From the NCBI GenBank assembly GCA_964016885.1, contig OZ024744.1:118978001-119042000 (forward strand): a stretch of 64,000 nt of DNA, in the 5' to 3' direction. The notes under the pieces were generated by a model. The model had not been told where the DNA came from. It ran no database searches and saw only the letters and a list, made by a program, of their open reading frames with translations. Of this stretch, positions 32,301 to 46,800 are shown piece by piece. The position numbers were made by a program, and so were the translations under genes. This DNA comes from Eledone cirrhosa. Taxonomy: Eukaryota. Numbering within the stretch: the first letter of the stretch is position 1; every line of letters begins with the position of its first letter.

Positions 32301-32659
32301 ACTGACTAATGTTACTAACATTATTACTGTAACAACTGACTTGGTGTTATTAACAGTATTACTGTAACAACTAACTAATGTTACTAACATTATTACTGTA
32401 ACAACTGACTTGGTGTTACTAACATTATTACTGTAACAACTTACTAATGTTACTAACATTATTACTGTAACAACTGACTAATGTTACTAACATTATTACT
32501 GTAACAACTGACTAATGTTACTAACATTATTACTGTAACAACTGACTTGGTGTTACTAACATTATTACTGTAACAACTGACTAATGTTACTAACATTATT
32601 ACTGTAACAACTGACTTGGTGTTACTAACATTATTACTGTAACAACTGACTAATGGTAC

Positions 32660-33375
32660 TAACATTATTACTGTAACAACTGACTTGGTGTTACTAACAT
32701 TATTACTGTAACAACTGACTTGGTGTTACTAACATTATTACTGTAACAACTGACTTGGTGTTACTAACATTATTACTGTAACAACTGACTTGGTGTTACT
32801 AACATTATTACTGTAACAATTGACTTGGTGTTACTAACATTATTACTGTAACAACTGACTTGGTGTTACTAACATTATTACTGTAACAACTGACTTGGTG
32901 TTACTAACATTATTACTGTAACAACTGACTTGGTGTTACTAACATTATTACTGTAACAATTGACTTGGTGTTACTAACATTATTACTGTAACAACTGACT
33001 TGGTGTTACTAACATTATTACTGTAACAACTGACTTGGTGTTACTAACATTATTACTGTAACAATTGACTTGGTGTTACTAACATTATTACTGTAACAAC
33101 TGACTTGGTGTTACTAACATTATTACTGTAACAACTGACTTGGTGTTACTAACATTATTACTGTAACAACTGACTTGGTGTTACTAACATTATTACTGTA
33201 ACAATTGACTTGGTGTTACTAAAATTATTACTGTAACAACTGACTTGGTGTTACTAACATTATTACTGTAACAACTGACTTGGTGTTACTAACATTATTA
33301 CTGTAACAATTGACTTGGTGTTACTAACATTATTACTGTAACAACTGACTTGGTGTTACTAACATTATTACTGTA
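32660..33375. repeat. Run of 20 consecutive 35-bp type-A monomers with a 245-bp sub-period
   Basis: TGACTTGG recurs every 35 bp from 32681 to 33346. The CAATTG variant precedes the units at 32821, 32961, 33066, 33206 and 33311 (spacings 140, 105, 140, 105). Confidence 0.9.
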
Positions 33376-36300
33376 ACAACTGACTAATGTTACTAACATT
33401 ATTACTGTAACAGCTGACTTGGTGTTACTAACATTATTACTGTAACAACTTACTAATGTTACTAACATTATTACTGTAGCAACTGACTAACGTTACTAAC
33501 ATTATTACTGTAACAACTGACTTGGTGTTACTAACATTATTACTGTAACAACTGACTAATGTTACTAACATTATTACTGTAACAACTGACTAATGTTACT
33601 AACATTATTACTCTACAAACTGACTAAAGTTACTAACATTATTACTGTAACAACTGACTAATGTTACTAACATTATTAAAGTAACAACTGACTAATGTTA
33701 CTAACATTATTACTGTAACAACTGACTTGGTGTTACTAACATTATTACTGTAACAACTGACTAATGTTACTAACATTATTACTGTAACAACTGACTTGGT
33801 GTTATTAACAGTATTACTGTAACAACTAACTAATGTTACTAACATTATTACTGTAACAACTGACTTGGTGTTACTAACATTATTACTGTAACAACTTACT
33901 AATGTTACTAACATTATTACTGTAACAACTGACTAATGTTACTAACATTATTACTGTAACAACTGACTAATGTTACTAACATTATTACTGTAACAACTGA
34001 CTTGGTGTTACTAACATTATTACTGTAACAACTGACTAATGGTACTAACATTATTACTGTAACAACTGACTTGGTGTTACTAACATTATTACTGTAACAA
34101 CTGACTTGGTGTTACTAACATTATTACTGTAACAACTGACTTGGTGTTACTAACATTAATACTGTAACAACTGACTTGGTGTTACTAACATTATTACTGT
34201 AACAACTGACTTGGTGTTACTAACATTATTACTGTAACAACTGACTTGGTGTTATTAACAGTATTACTGTAACAACTAACTAATGTTACTAACATTATTA
34301 CTGTAACAATTGACTTGGTGTTACTAACATTATTACTGTAACAACTGACTTGGTGTTACTAACATTATTACTGTAACAACTGACTTGGTGTTACTAACAT
34401 TATTACTGTAACAACTAACTAATGTTACTAACATTATTACTGTAACAACTGACTAATGTTACTAACATTATTACTGTAACAACTGACTTGGTGTTACTAA
34501 CATTAATACTGTAACAACTGACTTGGTGTTACTAACATTATTACTGTAACAACTGACTTGGTGTTACTAACATTATTACTGTAACAACTGACTTGGTGTT
34601 ATTAACAGTATTACTGTAACAACTAACTAATGTTACTAACATTATTACTGTAACAACTGACTAATGTTACAAACATTATTACTGTAACAACTGACTAATG
34701 TTACTAACATTATTACTGTAACTACTGACTTGCTGTTACTAACATTATTACTGTAACAACTGACTTGCTGTTACTAACATTATTACTGTAACAATTGACT
34801 TGGTGTTACTAACATTATTACTGTAACAACTGACTAATGTTACTAACATTATTACTGTAACAACTGACTAATGTTACTAACATTATTACTGTAACAACTG
34901 ACTAATGTTACTAACATTATTACTGTAACAACTGACTAATGTTACTAACATTATTACTGTAACAACTGACTTGGTGTTACTAACATTATTACTGTAACAA
35001 CTGACTAATGTTACTAACATTATTACTGTAACAACTGACTTGGTGTTACTAACATTATTACTGTAACAACTGACTTGGTGTTACTAACATTATTACTGTA
35101 ACAACTGACTTGGTGTTACTAACATTATTACTGTAACAACTGACTTGCTGTTACTAACATTATTACTGTAACAATTGACTTGGTGTTACTAACATTATTA
35201 CTGTAACAACTGACTAATGTTACTAACATTATTACTGTAACAACTGACTAATGTTACTAACATTATTACTGTAACAACTGACTAATGTTACTAACATTAT
35301 TACTGTAACAACTGAGTAATGTTACTAACATTATTACTGTAACAACTGACTTGGTGTTACTAACATTATTACTGTAACAACTGACTAATGTTACTAACAT
35401 TATTACTGTAACAACTGACTAATGCTACTAACATTATTACTGTAACAACTGACTTGGTGTTACTAACATTATTACTGTAACAACTGACTAATGTTACTAA
35501 CATTATTACTGTAACAACTGACTTGGTGTTACTAACATTATTACTGTAACAACTAACTAATGTTACTAACATTATTACTGTAACAACTGACTAATGTTAC
35601 TAACATTATTACTGTAACAACTGACTTGGTGTTACTAATATTATTACTGTAACAACTGACTAATGTTACTAACATTATTACTGTAACAACCGACTAATGT
35701 TACTAACATTATTACTGTAACAACTGACTAATGTTACTAACATTATTACTGTAACAACTGACTTGGTGTTACTAACATTAATACTGTAACAACTGACTTG
35801 GTGTTACTAACCTTATTACTGTAACAACTGACTAATGTTACTAACATTATTACTGTAACAACTGACTTGGTGTTACTAACATTAATACTGTAACAACTGA
35901 CTTGGTGTTACTAACCTTATTACTGTAACAACTGACTAATGTTACTAACATTATTACTGTAACAACTGACTTGGTGTTATTAACAGTATTACTGTAACAA
36001 CTAACTAATGTTACTAACATTATTACTGTAACAACTGACTTGGTGTTACTAACATTATTACTGTAACAACTTACTAATGTTACTAACATTATTACTGTAA
36101 CAACTGACTAATGTTACTAACATTATTACTGTAACAACTGACTAATGTTACTAACATTATTACTGTAACAACTGACTTGGTGTTACTAACATTATTACTG
36201 TAACAACTGACTAATGTTACTAACATTATTACTGTAACAACTGACTTGGTGTTACTAACATTATTACTGTAAAAACTGACTAATGTTACTAACATTATTA

Positions 36301-39300
36301 CTGTAACAACTGACTTGGTGTTACTAACATTATTACTGTAACAACTGACTAATGTTACTATCATTATTACCCTAACAACTGACTTGGTGTTACTAACATT
36401 ATTACTGTAACAACTGACTAATGTTACTAACATTATTACTTTAACAACTGACTTGGTGTTACTAACATTATTACTATAACAACTGACTTGGTGTTACTAA
36501 CATTATTACTGTAACAACTGACTTGGTGTTACTAACATTATTACTTTAACAACTGACTTGGTGTTACTAACATTATTACTGTAACAACTGACTTGGTGTT
36601 ACTAACATTATTACTGTAACAACTGACTAATGTTACTAACATTATTACTGTAACAACTGACTTGGTGTTACTAACAATATTACTGTAACAACTGACTTGG
36701 TGTTATTAACATTATTACTGTAACAACTTACTAATTTTACTAACATTATTACTGTAACAACTGACTAATGTTACTAACATTATTATTGTAACAACTGACT
36801 AATGTTACTAACATTATTATTGTAACAACTGACTAATGTTACTAACATTATTACTGTAACAACTGACTTGGTGTTACTAACATTATTACTGTAACAACTG
36901 ACTAATGTTACTAACATTATTACTGTAACAACTGACTAACGTTACTAACATTATTACTGTAACAACTGACTAATGGTACTAACATTATTACTGTAACAAC
37001 TGACTTGGTGTTACTAACGTTATTACTGTAACAACTGACTTGGTGTTACTAACATTATTACTGTAACAACTGACTTGGTGTTACTAACATTATTACTGTA
37101 ACAACTGACTAATGTTACTAACATTATTACTGTAACAACTGACTAATGTTACTAACATTATTACTGTAACTACTGACTTGCTGTTACTAACATTATTACT
37201 GTAACAACTGACTTGCTGTTACTAACATTATTACTGTAACAACTGACTTGGTGTTACTAACATTATTACTGTAACAACTGACTAATGTTACTAACATTAT
37301 TACTGTAACAACTGACTTGGTGTTACTAACAATATTACTGTAACAACTGACTTGGTGTTATTAACATTATTACTGTAACAACTTACTAATTTTACTAACA
37401 TTATTACTGTAACAACTGACTAATGTTACTAACATTATTATTGTAACAACTGACTAATGTTACTAACATTATTACTGTAACAACTGACTAATGTTACTAA
37501 CATTATTATTGTAACAACTGACTAATGTTACTAACATGATTATTGTAACAACTGACTAATGTTACTAACATTATTACTGTAACAACTGACTTGGTGTTAC
37601 TAACATTATTACTGTAACAACTTACTAATGTTACTAACATTATTACTGTAACAACTGACTTGTTGTTACTAATATTATTACTGTAACAACTGACTTGGTG
37701 TTACTAACATTATTACTGTAACAACTGACTAATGTTACTAACATTATTACTGTAACAACTGACTAACGTTACTAACATTATTACTGTAACAACTGACTAA
37801 TGGTACTAACATTATTACTGTAACAACTGACTTGGTGTTACTAACATTATTACTGTAACAACTGACTAATGTTACTAACATTATTACTGTAACAACTGAC
37901 TAATGTTACTAACATTATTACTGTAACTACTGACTTGCTGTTACTAACATTATTACTGTAACAACTGACTTGGTGTTACTAACATTATTACTGTAACAAC
38001 TGACCTGGTGTTACTAACATTATTACTGTAACAACTGACTTGGTGTTACTAACATTATTACTGTAACAACTGACTAATGTTACTAACATTATTACTGTAA
38101 CAACTGACTAATGTTACTAACATTATTACTGTAACACCTGACTTGGTGTTACTAACATTATTACTGTAACAACTGACTTGCTGTTACTAACATTATTACT
38201 GTAACAACTGACTTGGTGTTACTAACATTATTACTGTAACAACTGACTAATGTTACTAACATTATTACTGTAACAACTGACTTGGTGTTACTAACATTAT
38301 TACTGTAACAACTGACTTGGTGTTACTAACATTATTACTGTAACAACTGACTTGGTGTTACTAACATTATTACTGTAACAACTGACTAATGTTACTAACA
38401 TTATTACTGTAACAACTGACTAATGTTACTAACATTATTACTGTAACACCTGACTTGGTGTTACTAACATTATTACTGTAACAACTGACTTGCTGTTACT
38501 AACATTATTACTGTAACAACTGACTTGGTGTTACTAACATTATTACTGTAACAACTGACTAATGTTACTAACATTATTACTGTAACAACTGACTTGCTGT
38601 TACTAACATTATTACTGTAACAACTGACTTGCTGTTACTAACATTATTACTGTAACAACTGACTAATGTTACCTACATTATTACTGTAACAATTAACTTG
38701 GTATTACTAACATTATTACTGTAACAACTGACTTGGAGTTACTAACATTATTACTGTAACAACTGACTAATGTTATTAACATTATTACTGTAACAACTGA
38801 CTAATGTTACTAACATTATTACTCTAACAACTGACTAATGTTACTAACATTATTACTGTAACAACTGACTAATGTTACTAACATTATTACTGTAACAACT
38901 GACTAATGTTACTAACATTATTACTGTAACAACTGACTTGGTGTTACTAACATTATTACTGTAACAACTGACTTGGTGTTACTAACATTATTACTGTAAC
39001 AACTGACTTGGTGTTACAAACATTATTACTGTAACAACTGACTTGGTGTTACTAACATTATTACTGTAACAACTGACTTGGTGTTACTAACATTATTACT
39101 GTAACAACTGACCCGGTGTTACTAACATTATTACTGTAACAACTGACTTGGTGTTACTAACATTATTACTGTAACAACTGACTTGGTGTTACTAACATTA
39201 TTACTGTAACAACTGACTAATGTTACTAACATTATTACTGTAACAACTGACTTGGTGTTACTAACATTATTACTGTAACAACTGACTTGGTGTTACTAAC

Positions 39301-40845
39301 ATTATTACTGTAACAACTGACTTGGTGTTACTAACATTATTACTGTAACAACTGACTTGGTGTTACTAACATTATTACTGTAACTACTAACTGATGTTAC
39401 TAACATTATTACTGTAACAACTGACTTGGTGTTACTAACATTATTATTGTAACAACTGACTAATGTTACTAACATTATTACTGTAACAACTGACTAATGT
39501 TACTAACATTATTACTGTAACGACTGACTTGGTGTTACTAAAATTATTACTGTAACAACTGACTTGGTGTTACTAACATTATTACTGTAACAACTGACTA
39601 ATGGTACTAACATTATTACTGTAACAACTGACTTGGTGTTACTAACGTTATTACTGTAACAACTGACATGGTGTTACTAACATTATTACTGTAACAACTG
39701 ACTAATGTTACTAACATTATTACTGTAACAACTGACGAATGTTACTAACATTATTACTGTAACAACTGACTAATGTTACTAACATTATTACTGTAACAAC
39801 TGACTAATGTTACTAACATTATTACTGTAACAACTGACTAATGTTACCAACATTATTACTGTAACAACTGACTAATGTTACTAACATTATTACTGTAACA
39901 ACTGACTTGGTGTTACTAACATTATTACTGTAACAACTGACTAATCTTACTAACATTATTACTGTAACAACTGACTTGGTGTTACTAACATTATTACTGT
40001 AACAACTAACTAATGTTACTAACATTATTACTGTAACAACTGACTAATGTTACTAACATTATTACTGTAACAACTGACTTGGTGTTACTAACATTATTAC
40101 TGTAACTACTAACTAATGTTACTAACATTATTACTGTAACAACTGACTTGGTGTTACTAACATTATTACTGTAACAACTGACTTGGTGTTACTAACATTA
40201 TTACTGTAACAACTGACTAATGTTACTAACATTATTACTGTAACAACTGACTTGGTGTTACTAACATTATTACTGTAACAACTGACTTGCTGTTACTAAC
40301 ATTATTACTGTAACAACTGACTTGGTGTTACTAACATTATTACTGTAACAACTGACTAATGTTAATAACATTATTACTGTAACAACTGACTTGGTGTTAC
40401 TAACATTATTACTGTAACAACTGACTAATGTTACTAACATTATTACTGTAACACCTGACTTGGTGTTACTAACATTATTACTGTAACAACTGACTTGGTG
40501 TTACTAACATTATTACTGTAACAACTGACTAATGTTACTAACATTATTACTGTAACAACTGACTAATGTTACTAACATTATTACTGTAACAACTGACTTG
40601 GTGTTACTAACATTATTACTGTAACAACTGACTAATGTTACTAACATTATTACTGTAACAACTGACTAATGTTACTAACATTATTACTGTAACAACTGAC
40701 TTGGTGTTACTAACATTATTACTGTAACAACTGACTTGGTGTTACTAACATTATTACTGTAACAACTGACTTGGTGTTACTAACATTATTACTGTAACAA
40801 CTGACTTGGTGTTACTAACATTATTACTGTAACAACTGACTTGGT

Positions 40846-43800
40846 GTTACTAACATTATTACTGTAACAACTGACCCGGTGTTACTAACATTATTACTGT
40901 AACAACTGACTTGGTGTTACTAACATTATTACTGTAACAACTGACTTGGTGTTACTAACATTATTACTGTAACAACTGACTAATGTTACTAACATTATTA
41001 CTGTAACAACTGACTTGGTGTTACTAACATTATTACTGTAACAACTGACTTGGTGTTACTAACATTATTACTGTAACTACTAACTGATGTTACTAACATT
41101 ATTACTGAAACAACTGACTTGGTGTTACTAACATTATTATTGTAACAACTGACTAATGTTACTAACATTATTACTGTAACACCTGACTTGGTGTTACTAA
41201 CAGTATTACTGTAACAACTGACTTGCTGTTACTAACATTATTACTGTAACAACTGACTTGGTGTTACTAACATTATTACTGTAACAACTGACTAACGTTA
41301 CTAACATTATTACTGTAACAACTGACTAATGTTACTAACATTATTACTGTAACAACTGACTTGCTGTTACTAACATTATTACTGTAACAACTGACTTGGT
41401 GTTACTAACATTATTACTGTAACAACTGACCTGGTGTTACTAACATTATTACTGTAACAACTGACTTGGTGTTACTAACATTATTACTGTAACAACTGAC
41501 TAATGTTACTAACATTATTACTGTAACAACTGACTAATGTTACTAACATTATTACTGTAACACCTGACTTGGTGTTACTAACATTATTACTGTAACAACT
41601 GACTTGCTGTTACTAACATTATTACTGTAACAACTGACTTGGTGTTACTAACATTATTACTGTAACAACTGACTAATGTTACTAACATTATTACTGTAAC
41701 AACTGACTTGGTGTTACTAACATTATTACTGTAACAACTGACTTGGTGTTACTAACATTATTACTGTAACAACTGACTTGGTGTTACTAACATTATTACT
41801 GTAACAACTGACTAATGTTACTAACATTATTACTGTAACAACTGACTAATGTTACTAACATTATTACTGTAACACCTGACTTGGTGTTACTAACATTATT
41901 ACTGTAACAACTGACTTGCTGTTACTAACATTATTACTGTAACAACTGACTTGGTGTTACTAACATTATTACTGTAACAACTGACTAATGTTACTAACAT
42001 TATTACTGTAACAACTGACTTGCTGTTACTAACATTATTACTGTAACAACTGACTTGCTGTTACTAACATTATTACTGTAACAACTGACTAATGTTACCT
42101 ACATTATTACTGTAACAATTAACTTGGTATTACTAACATTATTACTGTAACAACTGACTTGGAGTTACTAACATTATTACTGTAACAACTGACTAATGTT
42201 ATTAACATTATTACTGTAACAACTGACTAATGTTACTAACATTATTACTGTAACAACTGACTAATGTTACTAACATTATTACTGTAACAACTGACTAATG
42301 TTACTAACATTATTACTGTAACAACTGACTAATGTTACTAACATTATTACTGTAACAACTGACTTGGTGTTACTAACATTATTACTGTAACAACTGACTT
42401 GGTGTTACTAACATTATTACTGTAACAACTGACTTGGTGTTACTAACATTATTACTGTAACAACTGACTTGGTGTTACTAACATTATTACTGTAACAACT
42501 GACTTGGTGTTACTAACATTATTACTGTAACAACTGACCCGGTGTTACTAACATTATTACTGTAACAACTGACTTGGTGTTACTAACATTATTACTGTAA
42601 CAACTGACTTGGTGTTACCAACATTATTACTGTAACAACTGACTTGGTGTTACTAACATTATTACTGTAACAACTGACTAATGTTACTAACATTATTACT
42701 GTAACAACTGACTTGGTGTTACTAACATTATTACTGTAACAACTGACTAATGTTACTAACATTATTACTGTAACAACTGACTAATGTTACTAACATTATT
42801 ACTGTAACAACTGACTTGGTGTTACTAACATTATTACTGTAACAACTGACTAATGTTACTAACATTTTTACTGTAATAACTGACTTGGTGTTACTAACAT
42901 TATTACTGTAACAACTGACTTGGTGTTACTAACATTATTACTGTAACAACTGGCTTGGTGTTACTAACATTATTACTGTAACAACTGACTTGGTGTTACT
43001 AACATTATTACTGTAACAACTGACTTGGTGTTACTAACATTATTACTGTAACAACTGACTAATGTTACAAACATTATTACTGTAACAACTGACTAATGTT
43101 ACTAACATTATTACTGTAACAAATGACTAATGTTACTAACATTATTACTCTAACAACTGACTAATGTTACTAACATTATTACTGTAACAACTGACTAATG
43201 TTACTAACATTATTACTGTAACAACTGACTTGGTGTTACTAACATTATTACTGTAACTACTAACTAATGTTACTAACATTATTACTGTAACAACTGACTT
43301 GGTGTTACTAACATTACTACTGTAACAACTGACTTGGTGTTACTAACATTATTACTGTAACAACTGACTAATGTTACTAACATTATTACTGTTACGACTG
43401 ACTTGGTGTTACTAACATTATTACTGTAACAACTGACTAATGCTACTAACATTATTACTGTAACAATTGACTTGGTGTTACTAACATTATTACTGTAACA
43501 ACTGACATGGTGTTACTAACATTATTACTGTAAAAACTGACTAATGTTACTAACATTATTACTGTAACAACTGACTAATGTTACTAACATTATTACTGTA
43601 ACAAATGACTAATGTTACTAACATTATTACTGTAACAACTGACTAATGTTACTAACATTATTACTGTAACAACTGACTAATGTTACTAACATTATTACTG
43701 TAACAACTGACTTGGTGTTACTAACATTATTATTGTAACTACTAACTAATGTTATTAACATTATTACTGTAACAACTGACTTGGTGTTACTAACATTATT

Positions 43801-46800
43801 ACTGTAAAAACTGACTTGGTGTTACTAACATTATTACTGTAACAACTGACTAAAGTTACTAACATTATTACTGTAACAACTGACTTGGTGTTACTAACAT
43901 TATTACTGTAACAACTGACTTGGTGTTACTAACATTATTACTGTAACAACTGACTAATGTTACTAACATTATTACTGTAACAACTGACTTGGTGTTACTA
44001 ACTTTATTACTGTAACAACTGACTTGGTGTTACTTACATTATTACTGTAACAACTGACTTGGTGTTACTAACATTATTACTGTAACAACTGACTAATGTT
44101 TCCTACATTATTACTGTAACAATTGACTTGGTGTTACTAACATTATTACTGTAACAACTGACTAATGTTACTAACATTATTACTGTAACAACTGACTAAT
44201 GTTACTAACATTATTACTGTAACAACTGACTTGGTGTTACTAACATTATTACTGTAACAACTGACTTGGTGTTAGTAACATTATTACTGTAACAACTGAT
44301 TGGTGTTACTAACATTATTACTGTAACAACTGACTAATGTTACTAACATTATTACTGTAACAACTGACTAATGTTACTAACATTATTACTGTAACACCTG
44401 ACTTGGTGTTACTAACATTATTACTGTAACAACTGACTTGGTGTTACTAACATTATTACTGTAACAACTGACTTGCTGTTACTAACATTATTACTGTAAC
44501 AATTGACTTGGTGTTACTAACATTATTACTGTAACAACTGACTAATGTTACTAACATTATTACTGTAACAACTGACTAATGGTACTAACATTATTACTGT
44601 AACAACTGACTTGGTGTTACTAACGTTATTACTGTAACAACTGACTTGGTGTTACTAACATTATTACTGTAACAACTGACTTGGTGTTACTAACGTTATT
44701 ACTGTAACAACTGACTTGGTGTTACTAACATTATTACTGTAACAACTGACCTGGTGTTACTAACATTATTACTGTAACAACTGACTTGGTGTTACTAACA
44801 TTATTACTGTAACAACTGACTTGGTGTTACAAACATTATTACTGTAACAACTGACTAATGTTACTAACATTATTACTGTAACAACTGACTTGGTGTTACT
44901 AACATTATTACTGTAACAACTGACTTGGTGTTACTAACATTATTACTGTAACAACTGACTTGGTGTTACTAACATTATTACTGTAACAACTTACTAATGT
45001 TACTAACATTATTACTGTAACAACTGACTTCGTGTTACTAACATTATTACTGTAACAACTGACTAATGTTACTAACATTATTACTGTAACAACTGACTAA
45101 TGTTACTAACATTATTACTGTAACAACTGACTAATGGTACTAACATTTTTACTGTAATAACTGACTTGGTGTTACTAACATTATTACTGTAACAACTGAC
45201 TTGGTGTTACTTACATTATTACTGTAACAACTGACTTGGTGTTACTAACATTATTACTGTAACAACTGACTTGGTATTACTTACATTATTACTATAACAA
45301 CTGACTTGGTGTTACTAACATTATTACTGTAACAACTGACTAATGTTACCTACATTATTACTGTAACAATTAACTTGGTGTTACTAACATTATTACTGTA
45401 ACAACTGACTAATGTTACTAACATTATTACTGTAACAACTGACTTGGTGTTACTAACATTATTACTGTAACAACTGACTAATGTTACTAACATTATTACT
45501 GTAACAACTGACTAATGTTACTAACATTATTACTCTAACAACTGACTAATGTTACTAACATTATTACTGTAACAACTGACTAATGTTACTAACATTATTA
45601 CTGTAACAACTGACTAATGTTACTAACATTATTACTGTAACAACTGACTTGGTGTTACTAACATTATTACTGTAACAACTGACTTGGTGTTACTAACATT
45701 ATTACTGTAACAACTGACTTGGTGTTACTAACATTATTACTGTAACAACTGACTAATGTTACTAACATTATTACTGTAACACCTGACTTGGTGTTACTAA
45801 CATTATTACTGTAACAACTGACTTGCTGTTACTAACATTATTACTGTAAAAACTGACTTGGTGTTACTAACATTATTACTGTAACAACTGGCTAATGTTA
45901 CTAACATTATTACTGTAACAACTGACTAATGTTACTAACATTATTACTGTAACAACTGACTTGCTGTTACTAACATTATTACTGTAACAACTGACTTGCT
46001 GTTACTAACATTATTACTGTAACAACTGACTTGGTGTTACTAACATTATTACTGTAACAACTGACTTGCTGTTACTAACATTATTACTGTAACAATTGAC
46101 TTGGTGTTACTAACATTATTACTGTAACAACTGACTAATGTTACCAATATTATTACTGTAACAATTGACTTGGTGTTACTAACATTATTACTGTAACAAC
46201 TGACTAATGTTACTAACATTATTACTGTAACAACTGACTAAAGTTACTAACATTATTACTGTAACAATTGACTTGGTGTTACTAACATTATTACTGTAAC
46301 AACTGACTAATGTTACTAACATTATTACTGTAACAACTGACTAATGGTACTAACATTATTACTGTAACAATTGACTTGGTGTTACTAACATTATTACTGT
46401 AACAACTGACTAATGTTACTAATATTATTACTGTAACAATTGACTTGGTGTTACTAACATTATTACTGTAACAACTGACTAATGTTACTAACATTATTAC
46501 TGTAACAACTGACTACTGTTACGAACATTATTACTGTAACAACTGACTTGCTGTTACTAACATTATTACTGTAACAACTGACTTGCTGTTACTAACATTA
46601 TTACTGTAACAACTGACTTGGTGTTACTAACATTATTACTGTAACAACTGACTTGCTGTTACTAACATTATTACTGTAACAATTGACTTGGTGTTACTAA
46701 CATTATTACTGTAACAACTGACTAATGTTACTAATATTATTACTGTAACAATTGACTTGGTGTTACTAACATTATTACTGTAACAACTGACTAATGTTAC

